Positions 1 to 27,177 of a stretch of 64,000 bases of DNA are shown one piece after another; within the stretch, counting starts at the first letter, position 1, and every line of letters begins with the position of its first letter. The translations under genes and the position numbers were made by a program. The DNA is from Chrysomallon squamiferum (lineage: Eukaryota > Animalia > Mollusca): positions 16,058,001 through 16,122,000 of the forward strand of contig CM022671.1 in assembly GCA_012295275.1 (NCBI GenBank). Reading direction: 5' to 3'. Below the pieces are notes generated by a model. The model was not told where the DNA came from. It saw only the letters and a list, made by a program, of their open reading frames with translations, and did not search any database.

Positions 1-180
1 GTTAAAGCAGAAGCTGAAAAATGAATATTAAAAACACTGAAATTGTCTTTAAAAAAGTCCTTTAATTTTGAAGAAGATAAAGACATTGAAATTATATTAC
101 AAAATGTTAATGTTGAAAAAGAAAAAATACTGAAAATGTAAATTAAAAAAGAAAAACCTTCAAACTAAAATGAAAGATAT

Positions 181-1755
<1,575 letters not shown>

Positions 1756-1937
1756 GTTGACTGAAAAAGATAAAATACTGAATATCATTAGCAATCACTT
1801 TGGTTAGAAAAAGAATACAAAACCGTGACGAAAAAGCAAAATCAAAAACAATATAATAAAAACGAAAATATAGTAGAGTAAAATAAAACAATAGGTATAA
1901 TGAACGAACAGTAGTTATGGTAGCAGTAGATGAGAAT

Positions 1938-1975
<38 letters not shown>

Positions 1976-3554
1976 TATTATAATGGTCATTTTTACCATT
2001 AACAGATCAGTTTTATCTATTTCAGTTCTGTTATATCTTTTTCAATTTCACATGTCTGTTCTCCTGTTCTCGGTTTCATTTTCTAAGAATACTATTTAAT
2101 TTGGTGTTACTGTAACCGCCTGTAACTGCTATTAAACAGAAATATTTTAAGATTCACTTATTCATCATCTTGTGATCCTATCATTGCCTTTTTTTTACTC
2201 ATTATTTTGCTTAAAGTATTACTAGCATGATTTACAGTTTTTCTCACGTTGTTTTGAGGGCTTGTCTTAAAAAAAATCTTTCATCCCTTCTGTTTTTTTT
2301 TCACCTAAAAATGTGTTCCTTTCAGCTTATCGATATAGTTTAATCAGAATATTAAAATTAATGAAATTTAGCTTTTCGTTCACAATTATTTTTATAATGT
2401 CTACTCTGTGTGTTTTATTCTACCAGGAAACTAACTTCGTCTGTTTTATTTTAATTAATAGAAATAGCATCTCTTGATAGATACAACAACAACAACAAAA
2501 CAACAACAACAAATAAAAAAAAAAAAAAAAGAGTAAAAATGTTTTTGTTTGTTTTTTGTTTTTTTAAAAAGATCCCCTAAACGCCAACAAAAATTAACAC
2601 GATATTTTTGTGGGACAAGCGCAAACATTTAGCACTGTATTGTTATAACAAATACGTTTGTGCATATGATGAAAGAAATATTCATTTGCTGACATAACAA
2701 GTAATGAAAAATTCTGCATATGTCAAGAGCAATACAAATGGCAAAAATGGCGCCAGATTCTTTCACCTTTGATATGGGAATACATAATGTCTGTTTCTAA
2801 TCAAACTAACACCAGACATTTGGATTATAAAAAGCAAAGACTATCAATATATCTCAGAAAACTGTCAATATAATCTCAGAAATGTGTGAAGAGGTTAAAA
2901 CAGCCATACGCCAATCTCGCCGTTTATTCAGTAATCTAAACATCAGGCTATTCATTTATATATTTATATTTTTTGAAACTGTTAAACGCGACGGTTCTCA
3001 AAAATACCATTCCTAATCCTCTCGTTCCACAAGATATAAACGTCAGACGTTTTCTCTGGAGTACACCGTGTTGATATTCCGCTCCATTTTTCTCCGGGCA
3101 AGCTACAACTACAGACATGGCAATCAATAAGGATTTTCCAATACCGGAAACACAATGATAATATCTCCTCTTGTGGACTCACCGAGCAGACGACTATCAA
3201 CAGCAGACGACATTGACACGGCGTGTTGTCGTTCTCAATTTATCTGACATGGCTATCAAATATCATCATTAATTAATGTCTGCATTTTCTTAATTATTTA
3301 TTCTTAGGTCTTCTCAAGCTGCATAACCCTCTCCTAATCACGATTTTTATCCACGGTGGACGAAAAAATTCTTCATTATTAGATTTGTTTTACGTCAAAG
3401 TATATTAATGTTGTAGTTTAATGTTAGCAAAGATTCGTCATAATAAGTAAAAGAAAATGATAACAACAAAGTATATATGTATATATGTGTGTATGTATGT
3501 ATATATGTACGTACGAATGTATATATGTATGTATACTGTGTGTTTAAAATGTAT

Positions 3555-3641
<87 letters not shown>

Positions 3642-5421
3642 AAAAACCTGCCGGTTTATTCACTCCAGTAATATATTATTTGCTGTTATTCTTCTTTTTC
3701 GTATTCATCTTATTATTATTATTATTATTTTTGTTATTATTATTATCATCATCATCATCATCATCTTCTTCCATTTCTTCTTCATCATCTTCTTTTTATT
3801 ATTGTTATTATATAATTAATATTTTTATTGTTTTATTTTTGTTTATATAATAATTGCGTAGTTATTATTATTATTATTATTATTATACTGCTGAATGTTT
3901 TTTCACATCCTCAGCTTTAGAAACTTACATATAGGCATACATGAACTGGTTATAATGATATCACAGCGGTTCACGGCCTCTAACTCAGCAGCAAGGCTTT
4001 GTTAACGGTAAATTGCTACAGCCTGCGGATCATGACGTACACACAATAAGATCGATAAAGTGATTTAGAAAAAAAACAGTACTAAAAATGTATAAAATAT
4101 ATATAAAAAGTCACCTCTTTAGAATGGAATCTCTTGACCTCGTTGAAATAAATTTCAGAACTGGATCTCGCTTTTGTGTGTGTCTTGCAGACCATTTATT
4201 GTTCTAATCGATTTTTGTTCACATCCCAACCTGCAGATGTAAGCGATGTCGTACCTAGCCGATACCTAAAGCCACGTATATTTGTTTTGAAAACAAACGC
4301 GATTCCCCTCATCTATAAAACGTTTAATATTTAATCAAATAAAATCTATTTATCCCGGTTATCGATATTCATGTTTATATCTGTCTGGAACTCTTGAATT
4401 CCGATTTTGCTGCATCGTTACAGAAATAACGTTCAGCAACATTATACAATAATTAACGTTTTAAACACGTATACTTACACGAAAACGAATCAGATCACGT
4501 AACAGCACTCAGATGAAATCTCTACTACTCATCGCTTGTAATCCTGTATATGCTAGTAAGACGATGTACACAGTTCTGCTAATGGTAAGCGAAGAGAAAA
4601 TCCTACAGAACGGATATGAGAACGTGGACTCCAACCTGCAGAGCTGACAAGAACACAGAAATGCAATCAGCTGTTTGAAGGACTTGAGTGTGTAAATAAA
4701 AAATCTCACTCTGTCTCTTTCTCACTGCTTGTGTCAAGGAATATCATTTCATTTCAGTGACCTGGTACAGACGTGATCCGTGCGATTTTTTCCTTCCGAA
4801 TAAATAGCGATTCCATTTATCCATCCATTTATCTTCAGTCAATAGCTAATAGACATTCACTTCGTCCGTCTATCCACGTACATATCACGTACAAGCTTAT
4901 TCGTGCTCGTACTCTACCAAACTCTCATTGTAAATAGTAGAGACGCATTTGCAAAGAACTCTATTTACTGTAAAGAATATAATACTTTTTAAAATAATTA
5001 TATAATTTAGCATTGATTGTATATTTTAAACTAAATAGTGGTTAGCTTTTTTCTACATGTTTTGTAAGAATCATTTTGAATCAGAAATTGGTATATAAAT
5101 ATAATAAATATAAGTAATCGTTATTTACATTATTACTAATAGTTATTTTTGTGGTCACCAATGAAGAAATATTTGTTATTTGCAGTTAGTTATAAGGTAA
5201 TACAGTAATGAAGGATAACATTTTCACGTTTATCGGAGATCATTTCGTACATTGATATATAAATTCCCGAAAGACTGAGTATATAAGCAATTTGCAATAA
5301 TTAAATTTTACTCAGTCTGTCAGGTTTATACATACATAGTATGTTTACATTCAGTTTTGTTTTATTTTGTTCTATTTATCTCTTTATCTATCTATCCATC
5401 CATCTATCTATATATACACAG

Positions 5422-5484
<63 letters not shown>

Positions 5485-6253
5485 TAAAGTAAAATATTTG
5501 CGTTTATATATTTATTTATATTACATGATTACTGAGAATTTCCTTTTCATTCAAGTGTACAAAAAATATCTGAAATAAAAAGTTTAAAAAATTTTGAAAT
5601 TACAACGCTGAATAACCAAATTATAACCTAGGGGCATATACTCATTATCATCGATATTGTAATTACAATAATACATTGTTTAAATTATAATTCGACTGCA
5701 ATATCAGTTTAAACTCATTAAAATAAATTTATTTTATTTTTGTTACATTTCTTATTATCATCTGTCGTTGTAAAGTTCAGTCTGATAGTAAGGAAGTTAG
5801 AGTTGCCTCCCTCTACATGCTGTATAAATAGAAGAGTTCTCCAGATTTACGTCTTTACGAGACCGGATCTTCACAGCTTTCAAATGTGATACTAATGATG
5901 ATTTATTTTATCCGAATAAGCGTAGCTGAACAGTAAACGGGATCAAATAAGCGCAGTTAAAAAAAAAAAAAATAAAAAAAGTAAAAAAAAAAAAAAAAGA
6001 AAAAAAAAAAAAAAAAAAAAAATCCCAGACTCACACAAAAGTAAAAAAAAAAATATAAAAAAAATTAGAAAATATAAAAAATAAAAATAAAAAAAATAAA
6101 ATAAAAATTATAAAATAAAAGAAATAAAAAGAAATATGTTAATAAATAATAATTTTGTTAAATATAAAATTCTCAGTAAATAGTGAAATTATTTTTACGC
6201 TTAAAATAAAAACCTGTAACCTATAAAACTTATAATATACTGTTTTTCATTTC

Positions 6254-6305
<52 letters not shown>

Positions 6306-7626
6306 CTATTTATTCACTGATTTTAATTTTAATTTTTATGTAATGATTTTTTTTTAAAGTTATTTATTTAGTTATTGATTATTATTATTATTATTATTAT
6401 TAGTAGTAGTAGTAGTAGTAGTATTTATTTATATATTTTTATTTATGTTGTTTATAATTTAAAAAAAAAAAAAAATTCTGACCAATTAAATACAACAACA
6501 AAGGAATAACTTCTTTCGTACATCGAAATATTAAAAGCTATAAATCAAACTGAAATGTGTTCAGATTTTGTCTTGGAAATTATGTTTCCAGTCATACAAA
6601 CTGGACTATTTGAAGTAGGAAAATAGATATATGATTGATGATTGATTACACGGAAGTATCTGCACCCTTATACCGCATACCGCGTTCCGCTTTCCGCTTT
6701 CCGTTTTCCGCTTTGTCGCTACGGAATCCTAAAATAGATACATTATACATGTGTACATTTAGAAACATTAGTTTAATGAGCGAGAGTGAAAGCGTACTGA
6801 TAACTGTTAATAAAGACCACATTAGTTTGTGTGTTTAATGTAGACTTCTCACAAAAGGTAGATACTCTTTAATGTAAAATGATTTTTTTTTGATGCCAGG
6901 TAGTCATTGATTTCTTACGTGTCTTTCATTCACTGTTCTGGTAATTGGACAGAAATAAACTTAGTGATTCACGATGATAATAATAACGAAGCAAAAAATA
7001 TTTGGTTATTGCTACTGCGGATGATAATGTAGAAAAAAAAATAAAGACAATGACAATAATGAAATTAAAGCTAGTCGTAATAAAAAAATGATGATAACAA
7101 TGTAGAAAAAGATGATGATAATAGTAAAGAAAAGAGGTCAGAAATAATCATGAGTATACAAAGTTTTTAAATTAATATTTATGAATTGTTACTGTTATTA
7201 TTGTTGTTGTTATTATTACTATTATTATTATTATTATCGTTATCATAATCATGATTAAGACAGTTTAGACATTTTTTTTTTCTCTTACTCAACACAACAT
7301 GAATAACGAATATAATAAGACTTGAGATAATAATCAATGACAACGGCTTGTAGTTGTTTTCTTTTATCTTCTCTCGATGAAATAAATAACAGCTACTAAT
7401 GCTAACCTGAGTGTAATAACATTGTCTGTAACAGTGATATCGAAGTGTCAGTCAGACTAGTTTATTTCAGACCGATATAACCGAGAAGTAATCACTCTAA
7501 TAAGACAAGTTGTTGCGTCTAAATTGAAATGAGGATATTACGTGACGTCGCCGAGGCGAATGGAAAACGTAAATAACTGGGAAAATGATGATTAACGGTA
7601 ATGGTGATGAACAAAATGGATAAACT

Positions 7627-7694
<68 letters not shown>

Positions 7695-7800
7695 AGACAG
7701 AGAGAGACGTGGAGATGTGTTTGAAGATTTGTTCAATTGTGGAGATGTGTTTGAAATTTGTTCAATTGTGGCAATAGATCTTTAAAAGTAATATACTTAA

Positions 7801-7831
<31 letters not shown>

Positions 7832-7861
7832 CATACATACATACATACATACATACATACA

Positions 7862-7925
<64 letters not shown>

Positions 7926-8678
7926 ATCAGTAAGATGACCCTTTGTATAATGCACTGTAACGAAACTTGTCTGACCTCGATAGTTCCAACCACCACACTG
8001 GTAACTGTTGATATGCCCCTTTTCAAGATTTGTGTAAATGACAAATGTTCTCAATACCTAAATGTATTTATTATTAACCATTTCTGTCTTTCTGAACTTG
8101 AAACGAGACGAAGACGCACTCCATTCGTTTCTGTCATGATAGATTTGTTCTGCAGACGTTTCTGTGTTATTATCACTCAGTTTTTCAGTGGTTAATATTG
8201 GAAGAACTGCGTTTCTTGCTCAGAGGTTGACTGCATATTGATTTACGGCCTATGTACATATTTCAGCTTATAATCTGCAAGTGCTTTTTTAAAAAATATA
8301 TTTTTAATTTAAACAATTTAATTTATAGATATACGGTCACGGACAAAATACTGAACACATAGATACCATGTCGGGGTAATACGATGTTACATAGTTAATA
8401 ACAAAAAGAATATAACAAGAGAAAAATTCTCAGCCGACACGTGTATATCTAAATGGCAGTGTCTGCTAGATTTGCGTATTTTTATTTGTGTGTAAGATTC
8501 CTTTAGAAGTTGACCAGATGCAGTTTTGATTTAGTTACTGTAAGATAGATTTAAATGGATCATAAATAAAAACAACTTCTGTTACGAACACTAAAGATAG
8601 TTTGGTCAGGGTTGATTAATTAAAACGAGATCGATTAAGGATGAGGTAACTCTAACGGAAAAACTGTATTCTGTAAGG

Positions 8679-8725
<47 letters not shown>

Positions 8726-8790
8726 TACATGTATATATGTTTGTTTTATATATATATATATATATATATACATATACATGATGAGAGAGT

Positions 8791-8892
<102 letters not shown>

Positions 8893-9214
8893 TGTACATA
8901 CGCATGCATGGACGCATGTACGTCTAATACTGTTGGGTTTTATATTTCTTTCCAAATTTCCATTGTTTATATATATTTATGAACCTTTTGGTGTTACATG
9001 CAAAAGACCATATTCTTAATATATTATTATAGTATGTTCCCAAGAAATCGAAATCATATAAAACTGACAGTTAAAACTACAAATCGCATAGCTTTACAAT
9101 AACACACTGTTTTGCGATTTCCGCGCGCACTTTGAACTATTTCTCAAACCAGCATATGCTCTACTACTTCGTTAAAATCCCCTCGTACATACTATAGAAA
9201 AAAAAGAAAAAAAT

Positions 9215-9290
9215 ATTATTTGCTGCTAATCCAGTATTACAGAGGCAACAGTGGGTTTCCTCTCGTATTCTGAACACTGAGATCTAACAA
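9215..9290 (+). mobile_element. Degenerate SINE-like fragment
   Basis: ttgctgctaatc...aacagtgggtttcctctc shares the motif CAGYGGGTTTCCTCTC with 43347-43364. From memory it resembles the body of molluscan tRNA-derived SINEs; not searched. Confidence 0.4.
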
Positions 9291-9688
9291 CCAATTTACA
9301 CTAAACTTTTTGAACTAACATTTTTCGCTCAGTCATGTAAACATTATCACTCTGACCTGTATTTGTTACCAACAGAATACTTTTTTTAGATGATGATAAT
9401 GAAAGAAACAGTCTGTTAATTTCATCCAGATTATGGACGTCGTCTGTAGACCTATATTATTTCTTATTTCAACGATGAATGGAGGGAATTCATTGATATG
9501 TAACACTAGACTGAGCACTGTATCTCGTGTCCACGTCTGCTAGGATATCTAATCTCCCATTGTAATGAGACTATGATGTAGGTTTCACTTACGCCGCTAA
9601 TTTTGATTAATGGCAATACATTATTAATTCAAACATCTCTGTTACATCACTCCGCATGACGTTTAGAGAGAGAGAGAGAGAGAGAGAG

Positions 9689-9724
<36 letters not shown>

Positions 9725-9771
9725 AGGCACCAGTTAGTTCACGTATCAATGAAACTGGTGGGAAAGAATTT

Positions 9772-9870
9772 TGGGCGGGAGATGTTGTTATAGAACAGAT
9801 ATTGGAATATCGCAAGAAGCCAGGGCGTAAGTATACGCGCCAAATGACGTCGTTGTATTTATAAATACGC
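9772..9870 (+). promoter_or_regulatory. Putative core promoter of the serine protease gene
   Basis: GC-box-like GGGCGGGA (~9773), CRE-like TGACGTC (~9845) and TATAAATA (~9860), about 170 bp upstream of the ATG at 10031. Confidence 0.4.
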
Positions 9871-10030
9871 TGTGTCTAAAACGCAGTCCAACATGTGGAC
9901 AGAACGATTATAGCGTGCCCAAAAAGACCAGATAACCTGACCCATGAAATCTAGCCACACCAGCGAGAACAATTAATCTCTCCTTTAACGCGACGAGTGT
10001 GTGTCCTCTTTTGAGACTTTCGTTGGAGAT

Positions 10031-20853
<10,823 letters not shown>

Positions 20854-22307
20854 TACACAAAAAAAACTCGCGTTTACTGGTGGCCACAGAAAAAGGATGC
20901 AACGGTTTTGTGCTGTACATTACGTGTATATTGCTTTCTAATGGAATTCGAAAAAAATAAACTTAAAACGTTTATTTGGAAAAAAACCAAAAACCTATAT
21001 AATAGAATTACTGGAAAAAGAAAAAAGTTTGCTTTCAGTTGACATTTGATTTGTCTTGAAAATGGCTAGTCCTTTTTTTTCTCTTTTTCGTTTAGAAATA
21101 TTGTCTTCTTTTTTGTTCTGTCGTTTTCTTTCTCTTTCTTTCTTTCTTTCTTTCTTCCTTTCTTTCTTCTTGTCATCTCTACTATTATTTCACCTTATAA
21201 TGAATAACGATAATAACATTGCAGCTGTATTACGGTCATCATTTTCCTACTTTAATCCATCATTTATTACAAAAACAACTCTTGTTTTATACGTCAAGAT
21301 TAAATTCGAGATCAATTTCCTACCCTGCAATTTCCTACCCTGGCCGACAGTGCTAGATAAATACTAACTGTGATTCAGAAAGAAATGTAAAAATAACGAA
21401 AACTGCCCATAACCAGGACCAAAGTGTTAAAAAAAAGAAATTGTTAATTTTTATTTTTATTTTTAAATAATCCATGATTCCAACGAAATAGTCCAAAAAG
21501 ATTTATTGAATATCGTTGAGCGTGATGCCAAGAGGATGTGTTGAGTATAGGACACGCCTAAGAAGCGACAGTTATTTAATTTGAAGAAAAACTCAAGAAC
21601 ATTCTGGAAGCAGGAGTGGGAGATACGTTTTAATGCACTAAAAATGATTGTTTGAGTTCAGAACGTGAACTGAAGTAAAGATAAATTTGAGAATTACGTT
21701 GATTTTTTTTTGTTTAAGGATCTTCATAAGCACATAAACACACTCAAACTTGAAACACATAAACACACTCAAACTGAAACCCATACACTCATAAGCACAT
21801 TCCAACCTGAAGCACACACACACACACACAAACGGACATACACACATGCACATAAACACACCCTTCCACGTTTAATAAACTGTGTATTAAAAACAAGAAA
21901 AAAAACCTCTGAAACTCAAAGTCGTTCGGAAATACGCAAAATCGAAATCATGTATTAAATGAAATTGGTTGATTTTTTTATTTCAGACTGCTGATATTTG
22001 GTTAATGCAAAGGTTAAAAAAAAAAAGAAGTAAATAAATAATATTTTTTGTTTATTTTTATTTTATTGCTTTTCTGTTACTATTCAATTTTCAAACTTCT
22101 GTTGGGTTTATCTGCGTATTCTGTTCTTATGTAAAACATCGTCTGTATAAATGAAGTTTATAATCTGTAATCAAAGAAAGAGGTTTACGTGGGAGGGGTT
22201 ATAAAGGCGGAGCCGTGATTTCAGAAAAGAAAAAGTGCCGTGATGGCAGAATTTGAATTTTTCAAGATTCATTAAATTTCATCAAGAGAAAAAAAAAAAG
22301 AAAAATT

Positions 22308-22343
<36 letters not shown>

Positions 22344-23367
22344 AAAAGATAAAAGAATACGAAAGAAAAAAAAAACAACAAAAAAAAGTAAATGAATGAA
22401 GGAATGACAGAAAAGTACCACGTACTGAATCCAAATTAGTAGTCAAGTTTTTGATATAACGAGTTCAGGATACGCGACCTCGCTACTCTAAACGTCTAAA
22501 ATCTTGGCCACTCTGTTTTACACGTTGATCTAATTTGTTACAATGTGATGAAGAGACAGAAAATCAATGCACGTAACTTGTATTAATGTGATACCAAAGT
22601 CACAAACAAACTGCTGTTGAAGGTCACGTTATTTTATCAAACGATACCATAGAAAGCTGTCACGTCTGATTACGAAGCTATGGTGAAATGTCTGGTGATG
22701 CAATTATGACGCAATTTCTCGTCAGATGTTGTTATCTAACCACGCATCGAACTGCCAAGGACATCGATTTTAAGAAATATCGTTTCTGGAGAAAGATTGA
22801 CAGCTGCAAAAAATCAGTAAAATCAGTAACTAATTACTTATTACTGACATTCGAAATTTTGTCTTGTAGAATCATTTCTTTGCCTTCGTCAGAAACCTAC
22901 ATAACCCAGTGACTTAAAGAATTTCATCGTTGACGGAAAAAAATCCCCAAAATATCGTAATAATGTTAGTCGCAATGATGAGATACGGTTCAAGGTTTTG
23001 TTTTAAAATGCAAGTAAAAAAGAAATAAAAATACATTCTATTCCATCTGTCTGTCTGGTTATTACCTATCTTTCTCTCTGTCTGTCTGTCGTTTGTATAT
23101 CTATCAATCCATCTACCTATGAATTGTCTATCTAATCTATTCATATTCATATGATATAACGATATTTGTTAGTAATTATCATCCACCCTTCGACCATTAT
23201 TAATATTTTGTCACCGTCCTTTCATCCCGCCATCCGCCCCAAGTTGTTACAATACACAGCTGTGTGTGCAGCTGTCTCAGTGTCACCATACATCATCACA
23301 GACGACAGAAAAGTGAGTTTTACATAATGATCCATGGTTATGTTACTGAGTGAGCTTAGCATTTACC

Positions 23368-23513
<146 letters not shown>

Positions 23514-24087
23514 GTGTGTGTTTAACAACGATCGTTTAAAATGAAGTATTAACACTAAGATTTAGAACTGTTTGTTATTTACAGAAGGAACTGAGTTACT
23601 GAATCATTGTCAGAAAATTATTTCAAATCCTAACGCAGCTGGTCAGAACAGTCTCTGTACAAGTGTTACAACATCTTCGCTAATCGCAAAAAATGTTGAG
23701 AACAGACACACACACACATACACACGCACACACAGAGTGATAGATAATTTTTGGTTATCATGTATCAACACTATTAAATATATGTACTAATTAGATAATC
23801 ACTGGTAATCAATAAATCTTTAGTTATTGTGTTTAAAATGTGTGTATTTGCGTGTGTGTGTGTGAGTGTGTGTATGCTCAGACACATACATACTACATAG
23901 AAATACATATATATCGCATATGTATTATAGTTTTGTTATTGTTGTTTATGGTGATTTGATATTGTTGTTAAATGAATTTAGTGATAACTTCTAACCGCTG
24001 ATAATAAATGTGTGTGTGTTTACACCCACACACCCACACCCACATATATATATATATACCCATACCCATATATACATATACATATAC

Positions 24088-24132
<45 letters not shown>

Positions 24133-24335
24133 TATATACATACATACATACATACATACACATATATATATACAGAGAGAGAGAGAGAGAGAGAGAGGGG
24201 AGAGGGAGAGAGAGAGAGAGAGAGTTCATTTCAGATATGTGTTTTTTTTTGCGGTATGTGTTACAAAAGTGTGTTAACATGTCTGAGTATTTTCTTTTCT
24301 TTTCTTTCTTTATTGTTGTTATTTATTTATTTATT

Positions 24336-24386
<51 letters not shown>

Positions 24387-24517
24387 TATTATTTCTTTTT
24401 TACAGAAATTAAATTAGCGATGTTAAGTACTTAATATATTTATATCTTTAGGTCAAATTTTATATATACGCATGTACGCATACACACACACAGAACACAC
24501 AATCATACACACAGAGA

Positions 24518-24554
<37 letters not shown>

Positions 24555-26141
24555 ATAATTGTATATACATGTACATAACTGTGTTTTTATGTACGTATAC
24601 ACATAATACTTATGCATATACATACATTTATAGACAGACGGACAGATTATATAAATAGACAGACAGAAAACAAAATTAACATCGAGGACGAAATTATTTG
24701 ATTTTGGCAAACTCAAATTGAATACAATTGGCGATGTCGTATTTCGCAAACAGGAGAGAGAGTATGACAAGCAGTTGCTCCGTGTGGAATGTAAAAATCA
24801 GAAGTTCAGTTTAGAAAATAGTCTCAATCAACAGTGCAGACCGCAGAGTCAATCGGTCACTTTGAAAATAGACGTAATCGACAGGCCTAATCACCCTGTT
24901 ATGATTATAAATATATGCTTTATCTAGGGTTCTTCCTGTTTATGTTTATTTTCGCACGTAAAAGTAAATGCACGAGAACACGTAAATCCTGACAGTTATC
25001 AGTGTTGTTGATTAAGCAGCGTTCACATAACCGCATCTGAGGAACCGGTCTTTCGCTACGCTGTGCGCAATGGTATAAACAGTTTCATTCACAGAGGTAA
25101 CAATAACATGAGTGACGTAACTCGATAGTTAGAGCCAAATCTTGAGACATCTTGACACGTAGTGGAGGAACGTAATTTCATTTTTCAATCTGCGCTTATT
25201 TCAGTGTTTTAAAGCCAGTTTTTATTAAAGATAGCAGAAAGTGTTTTTCTGTCTTTTTAGAAGATGTTGACGAAATATCCAAAGCTGTTAACCGAATCGA
25301 CATTGTTAAATAAAACGTACGTAAAAACAGTAGGTTGCGATTTCTTTAATGAGATTACATATTAGTAAATTTTGACTTATGTGTTGTTGGATGTGAATTA
25401 TCTATCTTTCTGCCCGTCTGTCTGTCTGTCTGTTTGTCTGTCAGTCTTATCAATCAGTGAATTTCAATCTGTCAGTCAGTCACTCAATCAATAAATCAAT
25501 CAATCAATGAATATATCTATCATCTATCTATCGATCTCTGTTTATCACCCTGTCGGTCTATCTGTGTAATCCATACATAGTCATAATTAAATGGAAAATA
25601 TACCAGTATTGCCGACAGCGTATATTAAAAATAAAATAAAATAAAATAAAATAATATAATTAAAACATATTTATATTAAAACCACAGTTACGTTTTAATT
25701 TGTTTTAAAAAAGTGTTTATAAAAATCGCACCGCTTAAACGCACCATAAGGTGATCGGAATTCGAAAGATGATATATTCTCACACACCTTTTCTTACTAT
25801 TTTCTGCTCGTCTGTTTCTCTATATTAAGAACAGGCTGGTTGGGCGATGGCAGAATTAGTTGTGCGGAAAAGATAACAAAATTCTGGATATTTTCTTTGC
25901 AAATCATTGTCTCATTACGGGAAATTCTGGAGGAATTATCGACTCAGGAATGCGGTTACGAAACGCCCGATATTAATTATTTGAAACGATCGTAATTTTT
26001 CCTTCTCTTAAAATGGTTTTTAATTAATCAGTTAATTTGTTTGCGTTATTTGTTGGGTTGGTACTTAGTTGTTGTTTAATTTATATGCAATTAAAATACT
26101 TTATTTTATTTTATTTTATTTTTTTATTTATATATTATTAC

Positions 26142-26199
<58 letters not shown>

Positions 26200-26569
26200 T
26201 GAAAAAGTGAAGACATTTTGTAAAATAAATGTTTCATTTTCATTACCTTTGATAAATTGACATCACTAATATTTACAATGTTCCATGCAGCAACTAATGC
26301 CAAACTCTTGTTTTATGAAAGGCACTTACAGTTTACAGATGGATACATGTAACATATAAGACAACGCTATTAAATGAATGTAGTTGGTTTTTTTTTCTCA
26401 GTAGCTGTTTAGCCTTTAATCGTACGATTTCATGCAATCAGGGAATATACATTAGATAGTTTTGAAACTGGAATACTGATTTTATAACCGCTGTGTAATA
26501 TGTAATAAAATATCTTATTTGATATGCGTTTCAGCATTCATGTTCACGGCTAGTATTATTTAACTATTG

Positions 26570-26705
<136 letters not shown>

Positions 26706-27177
26706 ATTTAACCAAAATACAAATAAATCTCTCTCTCTCTCTCTCCAAAAACAAAATCAAAGTATCGAGATAAAGAATTAAAAGACAAAAGGTTTTTATT
26801 TATTTATTTTTCAAAAACAACGAAAACATTTTGTTGTTGGTATTGATATTGTTATTGTTATTATTATTATTGTTATTCGTTTAACACAGTGTCATATACT
26901 AAAATCAGTTATTTCACGATATTTTAAGATTTAATAATTCAACATGTTTTTCGTTAAGAAACATCTCAATATTACACAGTGAATCAAAATTTACATTTCA
27001 TGAGTATTTCATCAGTCAAAACTAAATATTTCATACGCATTCCAGTGATTAAAAACCTTATATTTACAGATGAAGTTAAAATTATTTCACATGTATTTGA
27101 TCAGATAAGACACAGTGATATTACACAGTGAATCTGGAACAGTTTTTGTTTTTCAAATTTTCACCGAACTCTTCTTT

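Noticed and set aside
3925-4540. Minus-strand donors (gtaagt at ~3928 and ~4477) as coding exons of the CUB-like gene
   Set aside because: No convincing open, signal-like frame leads into them; at best untranslated exons, which cannot be supported from sequence alone.
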